A DNA stretch of 64,000 nt from Takakia lepidozioides (Eukaryota; Plantae; Bryophyta): assembly GCA_030704615.1 (NCBI GenBank), contig CM060731.1, forward strand, positions 12,338,001-12,402,000, read 5' to 3'. Shown one piece after another: positions 1 to 12,692 of this stretch (position 1 is its first letter; every line of letters begins with the position of its first letter). The notes beneath the pieces were generated by a model, which had not been told where the DNA came from, made no database searches, and saw only the letters and a program-made list of their open reading frames with translations. Made by a program: the position numbers and the translations under genes.

Positions 1-2152
1 ATGTGTCCGGAAAACCCTCTCATGGCGGATATGCTGAGTTCCAGTTTAGCCGATATGCTATGCTCCACATATTAGCGAGGAGCTCAAAAAGTGGATCATG
101 GAATGCTTGTCTCGAGGCTTGAGTGTCGCCCAAGTCATGATTGAACACAAGGAGCACGTCATGCAGAACAGTGGCTTGGGAGACGCATGGACACGCGACG
201 ACTTTCTCCTCGAGCAAGATGTCCGAAATCTTGCTGAAAAATGAGCCTGACAGACCTTCAAAAAACACGCTGATGACGCACAATCCGTGTGTATGTGGAA
301 AGATCAAAACCCGGACTTGGTCTTTTTCTACCAGGAGGAATCATTGGCACCCACATTTCAACATTTTGATGGAGATTTTACCTTCACCATTGGGATTCAG
401 ACTCCTTGGCAACGGCAGAAGATGTTGGACTTGGGCCATGCGCGCATCGTAGCTTGCGACGCTACATTTGGAACTAACCATGCCATGGACCCTCTCCACG
501 GGATTCTACTAGCATGATAGCATACTACATTGGTCTCCCACTCTTGTGGTGCATTGCTTATTCGTCCTCAATCCCAATAGACCTAACTGTTGTAGACCCT
601 GTCCCAGTATACCCTGTTCCAGCAGACCTTCCACTGCACTCTGTTTTAGGGCAGACCCTTTTGCGTGTTCACCTTGTTACAGTAGACCCTGTGCGTGTTC
701 ACCAAGTTGCAGTACACCATGTGCGTTTTCACCCTATTGCAATGGACCTTGTGCTAGTACACCCTATTAAAATAGGCCCTGTTGTAACGACACTCGTCTG
801 CTAATGACAAATTGTCATTTCATGCAGTTCCCCTTGTACACGTTGATGATGTTCGACCAATGGTTGAACGGAATCCCGGTTGCATACATATTGTCAGCAT
901 GCAATCGAACATCAGACCTTATCCCATGGATGCTAGCATTGCGTGATGTCCTCTTTCAGGAAAAGCCCACCTGTCGGCCAAATGCCTTCATTGTCGACGA
1001 CGCTGAAGCAGAAATCAATGCAATCCGGTATGCCACATCTCAATCTGCATTATGGTCTGCTATATGGTCCGCTGCAAGGTCTGCCCTATCTAGTCTCACG
1101 CTTGTGGCGGTACTGAATCCGGTATGCCACATCTCATTCTGCCCTATGGTCTGCCCTATGGTATGCCTTATGGTCCGCTCTAGGGTCTACTATTTGGTCT
1201 GCCCTGTTTGGTCTCATGTTTGTGGCAGTGCTGAATACGAATGCCCGGTTCAGGCACTTCTGACTTTGTGGCCGCATGCAAGTCTGTTTTCTTAGGAGTA
1301 TGCATTTTCCTTTGCCTTTGGCATGTACGGAAGGCCTGGGTCAAGCAATCATGCCAGAAAATCAGTGATCCGCGAACATCCTCGAAACTGTTGGCAGATA
1401 TGGACGACCTTATGTACTGCAGAGGTGGACCGCAGAAAGAAGACGAAGCTGTGAAATGGGTTAAGAAAAAATTGAAGGCAATGAAAAAGAAATATGTTGC
1501 TGGTCAGTTGATCCTCCACTACATTCATGTGTACTGGGTTCCCAAAATCGCTATGTGGTGTACGGCTGCCCGCAACATTCCACATGCAAGCCAAGATACT
1601 AATGCAAGCATCGAGGCATACCACGGAAACTTAAAGGCGAGACTTAATATGGGCAAAGGCAAAATGACCGGTCGAAGAGCCGATTGGCTCATATGGGAGT
1701 TGAGTGGGCATGTACTGGTCCACTACTGGTACGGCATTCATCTGAAGACGTATGGGTTTATTCGCAACGATAAACAAGAAAAACACATTTCCAGTGCAAT
1801 ATGTGCAGCCCGTGACATACCTCTTTCACGTGTGACTTTGCCTGCAGCCCTTATACACCATTGCTTGTCTGCGGTGCGTGTTTTCCGAGGGCAGATGCAG
1901 GACATCCTCGTCAAAAAAGCTTCCGGCATGTTATACCCAGCTGCAGCACGAGCGTTCAATCGTGTAAAAAACAACAACAACATGTCATTGAAGAGGAAAA
2001 ATGATTTTGTGGAACATTTTCAAGCTCGGTGGAAAATGAAACTAAATGGGGGAAAACGTGTGTCTGCCCTTCCCCCTGTTAGCCATATTTACTCGGCTCT
2101 GAGGCGGGTGTCTCATCGTCCGGAACTGAGAAAGAAGGATCAATCTAACTAA
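1..2152 (+). pseudogene. MULE/Mutator DDE transposase, spliced, 5'-truncated by window, degenerate
   Basis: Motifs VACDATFGTN (ORF 287-517), FPLYTLMMFD...FIVDDAEAEINAIR (exon 828-1027, GT at 1028), CLWHVRKAW and TNASIEAYH (ORF 1241-2152). Frameshifts and damaged splice sites are present. Confidence 0.85.
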
Positions 2153-2169
2153 GGAAAGGACGTGCAGTT

Positions 2170-3085
2170 GTCCAATGCGGTAGACCAATTCTCACCTGCA
2201 GTAGACCAATTCGGCAGACCATGATCACAGACCACCTGCAGTAGACCAATTCGGCAGACCATGATCACAGACCACCTGCAGTAGACCAGCACTGACTTGT
2301 AGTAGACCAATGCGCCAAAGCATCTGCGACTCCCTTAATGTGCTTTTTAAAGGTTTGATGAAGCAAACCAATGAAGTCAATAAATGAGCCAAAGTGATCC
2401 AGTAAACAAATGTAGTAGAGTAATGAAGCAAGCATAGCTCAATGAAGCAGACCAATACAGTATAGGGGTACACAAAGACAGTACACTCGACTAACGATGG
2501 GTCTGACCTGTGCCCCACATTCAGGCGACCACCGAATTTAGTATACCACTATCTCATGGAGCAGACCAACAACCATGGTCCAAACTAAGTCCACTCCGTG
2601 GAGGTAGCAGACCAATAACATCAATTTAGCAGCAGACATCGGCGAGGAGTACTGCATACATCGAAAGATCAATAACATCGGTTCATCAGCAAACCGCGTG
2701 GAGAAGTACTCAATACAAAACATCGACCACAAATGTCAAGCAGTAGACCACGAATGTTCCACAAAAGTGTAGATCATATATAAAAATGAGCAGACCTGCA
2801 CCACAGACCACATGAAGCATACCAATACAGTACAGGGGTAGACCAAGACAGTACACTCCACTCCGTGGAAGTAGCAGACCAATAACATCAGTTCAGCAGC
2901 AGACCACAGCCAGGAGTACTGCATACATCGGTTCACCAGCAGACCACGTGGAACACTACTCAATACAAAACATCGACCAGAAATGTTTAACAGTAGACCA
3001 CGACAGCAGACTAATAAAATGATCCACAAAAGTGAACAGACACATCATATATAAAAATGAACAGACCTGCACCTTAGACCATATG
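2170..3085. repeat. Array of (G/T)AGACC motifs with 30-250 bp internal duplications between the transposase and Ulp1 3' ends
   Basis: Repeated gtagaccaattc/gcagacc; direct duplication of cacctgcagtagaccaattcggcagaccatgatcacagac at about 2193-2275. Confidence 0.8.
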
Positions 3086-3239
3086 AGAAAATTTTCATTT
3101 ATTGCCCGGCTTAGATGAAATAACCCGGACATCGGAAGAGTCTGACACGTCCGACATCTTCCTAGATGACAACTGTCTTTCTACAACTACATTCTCCATA
3201 ATACTGAGTGCTTTCAAAATGTACTCAACACACTTTAGG

Positions 3240-4146
3240 CGTTGCCTGCAAGCATAGCGGAATGTAAACCACTTTGAGGTAAACGGTTTCCTCTCTCTCT
3301 AAGTCCTGTGCCACGATCGCCCTTCAACTAGTCGTAGAACCCCTCGATAAAGGACATGACGTAAAAGCCACATTCCCATGAGAAGGGTTACTGTGGCACT
3401 TGAGGGATATGAAAATTGAATGCAGTGGCCTCGTCCTACGACGCAGTGTGCGGCTCCAAGCCGAGACATGCTCCATACACATTTCGAACCCATGGCAATA
3501 TCTCCATGGGTTTGTGCATCTCCTTGATTGAGTTCAGATGAGTGAACACGCGGAGCACCCGGTCAATAATCACCAAATTCCAATGAAACCTGCCACAACG
3601 CAGGGCGCATCAGCACAAGGGAACAGCTGCAAATCAAAATGGCAGACCCATTGAGCAGACTGGTAGAGCTGGGCAGAGCTAGGCAGACCAATGTTGCAGA
3701 CCAGTGATGGTGGACCAATGATAAAGGGCAGAGAAACAGTGGTACGCACGAACGCAGAACACTTACCCATCAACTATTGGTACCAGTATGTACTTGCAGG
3801 TCTTCAGCTCCTTCCCCATACGATGCACTGTCAATCCGTGCTCGACCTGCGAGCGAACCCATTCCTGACCTGCACTCCAGTGAATCTTCACTACACTCCA
3901 AACCCACGTCGGCAAAATAGCAACATCATTATATGTCTTGACATCCAGATTCTTCTGATAAAACCTACACCGCAACTCAAGCAATGGGTCCGTAGTCTCG
4001 GATTCTTGTTTCTCTAGGGCTTTGAGGTCCTCGGTGGCAACACTGCACTCAAACTCTGGGTCGTTTTCAAAAAAGTACAGCATTGCTTTTTCCTCAGAGA
4101 TATGTGCGTTGAAAGTGGAGCCAAATCGGGCAGTGAACCTGCACAA
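3240..4146 (-). pseudogene. Ulp1/SENP-like (peptidase C48) SUMO-protease domain of the MULE
   Basis: Exon ending KYILVPIVDG (3763-4146) splices (AG at 3591-3590) to FHWNLVIID...HLNSI...VPQ*PFSWECGFYV, giving His, Asn/Asp, Gln and Cys catalytic motifs. In-frame stops are present. Confidence 0.8.
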
Positions 4147-7100
4147 ACTCGGAAAAAACCTTTAAGAAGATAGACCACGACAGAACCAGGCTGGCGGACC
4201 CAGAAGGATCACAGCCAGAAGGACTAGACCTACAACGGATACGGTACCAGACCCAAGGACCAGACCAACGGAGCAAGCCAATGGAGCAGACGAACGGCAG
4301 CCACATCAGACCCAACAGACCCATGAAGCAGACCCATACAACCTTTTTGCAGCAGACCCATGGAGTTGGTCTGTTCAGAGCATCGCAAGCAGACCATCGA
4401 CACTTGTGTTTGTTACGGAGCTCCGCAACTTCGCTCTCCACTTCCAAGCAGACCTTCCGGTCAGCACTCATGTATACTCCAGACTTCGGTTTTTTTGCAA
4501 CGCCTTTTTGGGGGGGAATTGTTTTTAGCCTCGGGTCTGCCACGCCATCTGGTATGCGCTTCTTCCCAGCTCTATTTAGTGAAGCAGGTTCCTCCAACTT
4601 CTTTTCCAATGCAACAACCGTCTCCTTCATACCCTCTCGGAGCTGGCTAGCTCGGCTTCGCAACAAGATTTTGTCCTGGGGTTTATTAACACTCTGTGGT
4701 CCCGTTCTAGACGCTTCCTGCACTCCATGGGTCGAACTGGCCCCTACGGTGGGGGTTATCACTACTGGTACACACTTTGTGCTTGACCCCAAGTTGAGCA
4801 CCTGCGACGGACCACAAGTTGAGACCTCAAACGCCATAACCTTCACACGAATATCAGACCACAAAACATCAGCAATGACCACCCAAATGCACTGGAAAAA
4901 AAAAATGGACTGCAAAAATGCCAATGGAATCAGACCTTTGTGGGCGCTGTGGGTGTCTGCAATTGCGCCACTCCTGTGGCAAGTACATCTTCGACTACAA
5001 TGACTGGTTCCAGAGAATGAGAAGGGACAAAAACAGGTGCATGGGTTTCGACAAGGTCTGATGAATGGTCTGCTGTCGGGTCGAACATGCGGAGCACCCT
5101 ATCAACGGATTGGTCTATTGCCAATAGTGGGTCTACAGACGAGTCGGGGTCCACAAAAGTAAGCGGCAAAATGGCCAAAGATGCATCCTCATCTGGTGTA
5201 GACCCTACCTCTAACAGATGGGGAAGGTCACTGACCAAACTGTCACAGTCATAGTCCATAGTTGCAATTGCAGAATTGGTCTGTACTATGGATAAATGAG
5301 CAGTGACACTTTCTCGGTTCTGTTCAGGCTGTGCTGTGTCAGAAGGTCTGGTGGCAAGGGTAAGGTCCACTACCATTCTCTGCTTCTCAGCAGATGTTGC
5401 AGTGGGGGGGAAAGGAATTGTTCCTCTCATTTTCGGCAACTCGTAAGTGCCAGGGAGGATTGGCGTTGCTTCCTGGGTTATCGCCAGGTCTTTAGATGGT
5501 CTGATGTCCTGCACTGGCAAGGTCTGCTGATGTTGGAATGGTGAGGTGTCGACGTCCATACCTACGTCGCGATGCACTTCTGCCATGCATTTGTCAAGCA
5601 ATGTACCAGGCAGGCTGTCCTCCTGCAAGGTCTGATTTTCTTTCCTCTGCTCCAGCAAGGTCTGATCAGGTCTGCACTGGTCGGGAAATGTCTGCTCTGA
5701 TATGGTCTGGTCTGGTCTGGTCTGGTATCCTCTGGTCTTCTAGGGTATGGTCTGTTATGCACTCGAATCGTATGGAGTCCTTCACTCTGGTCTGGTCTGC
5801 TGTGGTCGGGTCTGCTGTGGTATGGTTTTCTGTGGTCTGCTTTTGTCTTGTCTGGTGTGGGGTGGTCTGGTCTTGTCTGGTCTTGTCGGATCTGCTGTGG
5901 TGTGTTTTGGCCTGCACTGGTCTGCCCAGGTCTACTTTCCACCGCAGCGGTCTGCTTTGGGAAGGTGATGGGTGCCCACTGATCTGGAAAGGTCTGCTCA
6001 TGTTCGGTGTTGTGGAAGTTGAAGGTCTGCATAACCAAGGCCTCCCCGGTAATTTCGGGTAAGGTGTGCAATGCCTCCATGAAAGACTGTTTTGGCAACG
6101 AAAAGTTTTTGTCACCCACATTCTCTGGCTTGGGATCACTGGCAATCCAGTCGGGGGTTTGCTGGTTCGCATGTCGGTATTTGGGAGTTTGCTGGGAAGG
6201 GTCTGCTCGCTCCACGGTCTGCTCGCTACGGGCCTCCTGGGTCTCCATGGGAGTTGGGTTCTGTGTGTCTGCTGTTGTACGAACTCCAATGAGCCTGCAC
6301 TTAATGGGTGACTCGACTCCAGTATGGCCACGGAGGGCTCGTAGAAGCTGCCTTGTGCCATTGGCATACTGGTCAAGAGCATTCCGAACAAGCTCGTCCT
6401 CAGGATCATACTCTGCAACATGTCACAAACACGTCAAAAACAAAGCACTCATCCCTGGTCTGCTAACAAACGGAAGAATACATGGGGGTTTGATGCTTGA
6501 CATGGTCTGCTTCAGAACTCTGTTGGTTGTCATGGTTCATAAAGTCTGCTAGAAGGCATGAGTTTGTGGTCAACGACAAGGTCTGTTAACAAGGTCGCTT
6601 AGGTCTGATGACATACCGTGATCTAGGACTGTGGTCCACAGCCCAATATCTTTCATCAACCGATCCATGAAGGCCTCGTCAAGCTCTCCCAGAGCTGCAA
6701 CACGGTCCTCTGCTGGAAACCCGCTCCAGAGCACTTGGAAAGCATGTCGTTTATTGAATGCAATGTCGAAAACCGCACGCTCCTGCACAGTCACAAACCA
6801 CATCATGGCGTCTTGCGTGATACTTTCCCGAGCCTCTTTGCTTCCGTGCAGTAGGTCCATCCGTAGGTTGTGTAGGTCTTTTTTTAATTTGGTGTAAGAC
6901 CTGAAATTGCCAAATTGCATCCATTGACGGCCGCGGAAACAATCTGCCATCTCCTCAAAAGCACTCTTTGTCAAGCTCGCTAAGTGCTTCGGACGAACAC
7001 CAAATATTGGGTGGGCGATGGCCATGTGCCTAATCTCCAGTGGGCGTGGGTCGTGCATGAGAAAGAGCTACGCGATAAGCGGTGGCTCGGTCTCCTCTGC

Positions 7101-7716
7101 CAGAAGCGCCACTCCATACTCACGGGCTTTGTCCAAAACACGGGTGGCCTCCTCCGCCGTAAACTCCATTGAGGAGTGCTGCGGAGCAAAGGTCCACCGG
7201 GAGGCGACGATGTGGTGAAGCTCATTGTACCAGTCCAGATGCTGATTGCTTTCCCCACAACGAAACTTCGGAAGAGTGGGGTCGTCCTCATCAGTTGCAG
7301 ACCGCTGTATGTGGAGGTCGCCATGGTCTGCCAAATGGGAAATCAGTTCGACCACCCAATGTGGTCTGCTAAGGGTCTGCTGAAGAGGTACGAAGGTCCG
7401 CTGGAGGATGGGTCACGGAAGAAAGGTCCACGGAGCCGGGTCTGCTAGTCTGACCGGCGCTCTCAAAAGCCTTTACAGCAGACGGAGGGAGGCCTGCTGC
7501 GCGGCCAGTGGTACCATCCTGAATTGATGCAATGGCATCAGCCGACTGTGGATACAGATTCACGATGTAGTCACAAATATCACGGACCTCATTCCGGACA
7601 AGTATATTTTCCAAGGGAGGACCGTTCAACCTATACTTCCAGATTTGCAAAGCTCTATACACTCGGTTGTCTTGCGCATTCGCCTCCTGAAAACAAATAG
7701 CAAAATTGGCCTTCAC
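4094..7716 (-). CDS. Unknown multi-exon accessory coding region(s) of the MULE (ORFs 7369-7716, 7068-7355, 6570-7058, 5666-6421, 4930-5658, 4094-4924)
   Basis: Successive protein-like - strand ORFs separated by AGACC-rich intron-like gaps; no recognised domain; may be upstream exons of the Ulp1 gene. Confidence 0.45.
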
Positions 7717-8310
7717 ATTAGACCAGTAGACCAGTCAAAACTAGGCCTGACAGTAGACCAGTAGACCATACACCAGTAGGTCATATCAGTAGACCAGTAG
7801 AGCATAGTAATAGACCATAGCCATGGACCCATGCAGCAGACCACAGCCACGACAGTAGTGCGCCTTTCAAAGCAACTGCAGTACCATGTTGCGAAAAGCA
7901 GACCCAAAACAGTAGACCGTTCGCAGCAGACCACATATATAACAATAATAAAAAAACACTATAGCATGATTTGCAACGGGGAAAGTAGACGCATGGTTGT
8001 GGACCTATAGAGCAGACCACAGCCAGAACAAGTGATGCAGTACCATGTAGCAGATCCAGAACAGTAGACCGACAGCAGCAGGCCACACATACAACACCCG
8101 GCATAGCATATCACTAATTGCAACCAGGAAATCGAAACACTCAAATACGGTAGACCATAGAAAGAGTGGTTCAAGTACTTGGAGGCCGTTGTAGTCTTCA
8201 TCCCTTGGGTGTGATCGTGCCTCCACCCACTTCTTCTCTGCTATATCAATGGTCTGCTGTATCTCCCTTATCTCACGTAAGCATACAAAAAAGGGGAAAA
8301 AGTCCGGATC

Positions 8311-9261
8311 TTATTCATCTGGGTACTGGTCTGGCAGAAGACCGTGGGGAAGCAGGTACAATGTGCCAGGGCGGACAGGGGTGCCCGTTACATCTCCATG
8401 AGCGTCAGTCAGGGTCTGTTGTTTCTTGGTCTGCTTGTTGGGTCTGATATGTGGTGGGCTTCGTGGGTCTATTTGAGGGTGTAATTCCTCCATGGGGATG
8501 TCCGAGTCAAGGGTTATGTCATGTACCTGTGGGGCGTACCCAATGGGGTCGTTCATCAAGTACGGTCTCATAAGTAGTCCCGGCCGCTCTGTCGGCTTGT
8601 CCTGAACATGATCCTCCTCTTCATGAGAGTCTTCCTCACTTGAGTCATCCCCACTGGACGACAAAGTTGAAACGGCAGCCTGTGGTCTGCTGGTGCTGGT
8701 CTGCTGGGACCGACCTGGTTGCAATTCTTTGCTACTCGCTCTCATATCCCGTGGTCTGCTAGTACTGGTACTGAGAGATCTGTGACTTTTGCGGTCTACA
8801 TTTTTCTTAGCTCCATCACTGAGCTTCCTTTTCTTCACTGGCACAACGAGGCCGGGTCCCAGCAAGCCGGCTTCAGTGTAATAACGCTGCCGCACTTCCT
8901 TAGCAGACCGAGCGACGGCATGCGCACCCCTACACTTTGCAGTGATTTCTTTTGCGGCCTTAGACGAACTTAGCTTGGGCCAAGGCTTGAAGTTCTCAGG
9001 GACCATACCTTTGCATCCTCCATCAAGGGCATGGCGGTTTAGAGTCTCTTTGTCCTTGACAATATCGGGGCAAAAGGGGCACTGAAACCGATTCTTTGAC
9101 CAGTTCTCTTTCTCCTTCGCTACGCGCAAGTCCAAAAATGCTTCTACTATTTTAGCATCGTACTCACTTGGCTCATACCAGTACCTTCTCTTGGCTTTGT
9201 GGCGAGGGGCATGCACATATTCCACCCAATCGGCTCCGCCCTTTGGGCAAGCTTCTTCCAT
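8311..9261 (-). CDS. MULE accessory protein with a C2H2/C2HC-like zinc finger and basic NLS-like tract (probably a first exon)
   Basis: 316-aa open frame containing FQCPFCPDIVKDKETLNRHALDGGC, KKRK and an acidic/Ser-rich tail. Confidence 0.6.
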   Translation of the reverse strand: MEEACPKGGADWVEYVHAPRHKAKRRYWYEPSEYDAKIVEAFLDLRVAKEKENWSKNRFQCPFCPDIVKDKETLNRHALDGGCKGMVPENFKPWPKLSSSKAAKEITAKCRGAHAVARSAKEVRQRYYTEAGLLGPGLVVPVKKRKLSDGAKKNVDRKSHRSLSTSTSRPRDMRASSKELQPGRSQQTSTSRPQAAVSTLSSSGDDSSEEDSHEEEDHVQDKPTERPGLLMRPYLMNDPIGYAPQVHDITLDSDIPMEELHPQIDPRSPPHIRPNKQTKKQQTLTDAHGDVTGTPVRPGTLYLLPHGLLPDQYPDE

Positions 9262-10546
9262 GGCTGCAACCCAAGGAGGAATTGTGTCAGAGACGGTCTG
9301 CTAAATGCAAATGAAGAAGAGCAAGCAAAAAAGGAAATGAAGGTCTGGCGGTGAAGAAGTCTGGTGAAGTTGATACCTTTGCACTTCGGCAACGACGGCC
9401 ACGCGGCGCGGCCTTTGAAGAGCGGGCGGGCGCTACAAACGAATCGTCGAGTCGAAGAGGCAGAAACCGCGAAGCGCAACACAACGTGCAGTCACAAAGT
9501 GGAGAGACGCGAAAGACACAAGAGGAGGAAGAGGCGAGGACCCCAACGTAACGGCTCACTGCTAAGCGTGACAAGAGCACGTGTGCGACCGCCGAGGCCA
9601 TGCACGTCGGTCATTGGACTGCCGTCGAAACATCAAACTGACAATAATGGCCGCCGCCAAGGACTTCCATGGTCTGCCCTAAGTCTCCGCCAAAAGGGTC
9701 AGCCAAAAGGTCTGTGGCTCTGGTCTGTCGCATTCGTGCGGCAAAGATTGTGTGTACTCGGTCTGCCGTCAGGATCTGACCACAGTTCTCCAGGCTGGTC
9801 TATTGGTTCGGTCTTCTCGTCTAGACTGGCATGGTGCACTCTTCTCTTCTCATGCTCTGCCCATTTGGTCTGCCCTCTGTCTGCAGTGTGTCCCCACCCG
9901 TTTCACCATTTCAATGGTCCCCCGGCTGGGTCTCTGCATCCCCGCACTGTCATGGTAACACTTGGAAGGTCCACTGATTCGTTGCACAAAAAATTCCGCC
10001 ACACATGCCCATTTCGTCCTGCATCGATGGGTCCACCTGCAAACAACATCCAAGAGATGGAACTCGGGAGGAAATCGGAATTTTATACAGCCAGCCATAC
10101 ACATATGCTTCCGTTATTTTTGCAATGTCATTCCACACATGCTATATGGAGGACAAGCCTCGAACAAGACAGTGTGACAAGGGAAAGGCCGATTCTCAAT
10201 TGTTGTCCGCTAAAATGAGTTGTACTTGTTAGCAAAGACCTAAATACTTCCATTCAAGTTTGCACTGTAAACTCAATGTAACTCACTTCCCCGCGCTCAA
10301 ACAGTCCCACGAATAGGCGAACAACAAAGCAAAAATAGTAGAAGCATATGAACAAAAGAGGTTGTGGCTTGAAACGATGGACTCCGATGTTGCCAGAGAG
10401 TCCATGGAGTCATGCAAAGGGATTCTTCACAACCGGTGAGTCTGTTGGTTCTAAACAGTCAAACAGCATCAAGCAGCAAGCAACATCGGCAACAGAGAAA
10501 AAAAAAAAAAAAAAAGGGGGTCTGAGGAGATCGGCGAGTGCCATGG

Positions 10547-10910
10547 CATGCCCTAAATCCGGACGGTCTGGATAAAACCGAAACTGGACGGGCAGATGCG
10601 TGCCACGTAGGTCTGGGTCTGCTGTGCCGGTCTGGGGTGGTCTGCCGGACGACATGCGCCAGCAGCAGGCAGACCGATTTTGGGCAGACCCACTGGGACC
10701 CGATGGCGGGCGGACCCAGTGGCGAGGGCGGGCGGGGACCGCGGTCCGGGGGCGGGCTGGGCGGCGTGCGGGCAGGACTGCGGGGCTGCCGACCGTGCTG
10801 CGCGGCTGGCAGGTGGGGTGGGCAGGGCGGGGGAAGGCGACCCCGCGTCTGTGCGCCCTGTCCCACATGCGCTACATAAACTCCCAATTATTCAAAAATG
10901 AGAGGCATTG
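10547..10910 (+). repeat. Right terminal (inverted) repeat region of the MULE
   Basis: catgccctaaatccgg...cataaactcccaattattcaaaaatgagaggcatt matches 51200-51525, which lies upstream of a transposase 5' exon. Confidence 0.7.
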
Positions 10911-12308
10911 TTTATAGGATATTGTAAACTTGCAAGGAGGACTGTAAATGTTTTAGTGGGGTTTCAACGGTCAACTCAAGCCGATCGTTAGAGGTTGTCA
11001 GATATGGCAGTGACCAGTCAGACTGTGTGAGAGTCTGTATGAGAGTCAGTGGTGGGCCCAAAAACAGTTCAGTCGTTTCGTGTGATTGCGTGGTGCAGAG
11101 ATTGCGTGGTTCAGTCAGAGTGGAGGTTAGACTAACAGAAATGACCTGAACTGATATTTATATAGATATCTGCTCAGTCTCTGTCGACATCGTCGTTGTT
11201 CCAGTATGCGGAGCGCGGGACCTACAATCCATCTTCACTCTTAGCCGGATTGATATGGTTGTTCGAATAATACATCAGAAAGGACATATATGTGTTGGTA
11301 CCAAGAAAGAGTTTCAACTTCCGGGCCTGGTGGTCCTCCGTCCTGAAGAACTTCCAGGAAACCTCGAACAACGGAGCATCAAGAAAAAGCATTTGTTGAG
11401 CTTCGATGAGTGTTCCCGATTTTAACATCATGCATACTAAGAATTTTGGAACAAGATTGCATCCTATGGGAGTAGCCAGTTGAAGACTACCACACTAACT
11501 GTAGGCTATATTTACAATCCATCACTGTTGATTGGGATTAGGATAATACTGTGCTCAGTTGTATATCATGCTCTTATTCAACTTCCGATGCTTGCGATCA
11601 GTAAGTAGTTATGTGTCATACATGCGCAACCGAAAAACCGTTACACCGTAGGTTCTGCTATGCACAAGACTGCGGTAGTCGTTTCGAGTCCATGGCCTGG
11701 TCTGGAATCCCCTCTATTTGATCAGCATGCATATTGCAGCGGCTGGAGGAGCACCCACCGATCACCACAGCCAGATGTTTTAATAGTGCATTGCCACTCC
11801 AGCTTTTGTGGATTTCAGTTACATCCTTTGTACATGTAAATAATACATCTGTGATACTTGCACATCTAGACGTCCTCTACATAGTCATACTTGTAGTAAT
11901 GGGTGCCACTGGATTGCCCGTCATTTATTTCAGAAAAGTCATAACTGCACGATGCACCAAACCTGAAGTACTTACTACTGCATGAACTTCAGAACACGAC
12001 AATAACATATACTAGAGGTAGTGGAACTTCAAACATGACAGATCCGTAAATAGTTAACAGCTTTAAGTATATTGAGCAGTTATGTGCGGACCCTACAATA
12101 ACCAGATTGAAATCAGCCAAGAGCCTCTGTATGGAACAAACTCACCTCTTACATGATCGGCCCAGTAGGCGTAGTACATTGTTTCGCCGATGATGCGCAT
12201 CATGGCTTGATGAAGTAGAGGGCGGAATCGGATACGATCTAGCTGGCTCCAACTACACAGCATTTCACTTAGGCTTGCGTCTTGATGGTCAGTGGCACTT
12301 GTCAATTA

Positions 12309-12692
12309 CTATTGATCAGTTCGAGGGTGGGTGCCGAGGCCTTGGGATGATTGTGCATCGCGCACCTCGAAGGCAGATCGGGTCTTTACAACAACGTCGT
12401 ACATGTGCATTGTTTTTAAGCTCGAGAAGCTGACAGGCAGAGAGATGAGGTGCGGTATAGAGGAGCTCTTGTGGTACTGGCGCAGCTGCCTATCACCACC
12501 GTTGTATGGCCCCCACCCGAGCTGCAGCAGCTTGTCCTCCAGGTCCTCATACGACGTAATGGTCTCATTGGTGGCACAATACACCAACACCTTGCGCCGC
12601 ACATATGAAGGTTCCCCTCCATCGAGCCGCTGCGCCTGCGGATTGGCCACCAGCTTCGCTACTCCATCCTTGAAAACCCACACTCCCGACAT
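12309..12692 (-). CDS. FPF1-like: Flowering-promoting factor 1-like protein (127 aa, intronless)
   Basis: MSGVWVFKDGV...RRKVLVY..TNETITSYEDLE.KL..LGW...QYHK...LISLP..F...KTMHMYDVVVK.R..FEVRD is the FPF1 family signature. ATG at 12692; TATATATA near 12957-12966. Confidence 0.92.
   Translation of the reverse strand: MSGVWVFKDGVAKLVANPQAQRLDGGEPSYVRRKVLVYCATNETITSYEDLEDKLLQLGWGPYNGGDRQLRQYHKSSSIPHLISLPVSFSSLKTMHMYDVVVKTRSAFEVRDAQSSQGLGTHPRTDQ

Larger units (their letters stand above)
1..10910 (+). mobile_element. Large Mutator-like DNA transposon, right part (left end outside window); carries transposase, Ulp1 pseudogene and accessory ORFs
   Basis: MULE transposase exons at 1-2152; convergent accessory genes on the - strand; GC-rich terminal segment 10547-10910 shared with a second copy at 51200-51525; GCAGACC/GTAGACC motifs throughout. 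Confidence 0.8.

Noticed and set aside
10348-10917. Overlapping Gly/Arg/Pro-rich ORFs (also 51221-51547)
   Set aside because: These come from GC-rich transposon terminal sequence that lacks stops by composition.
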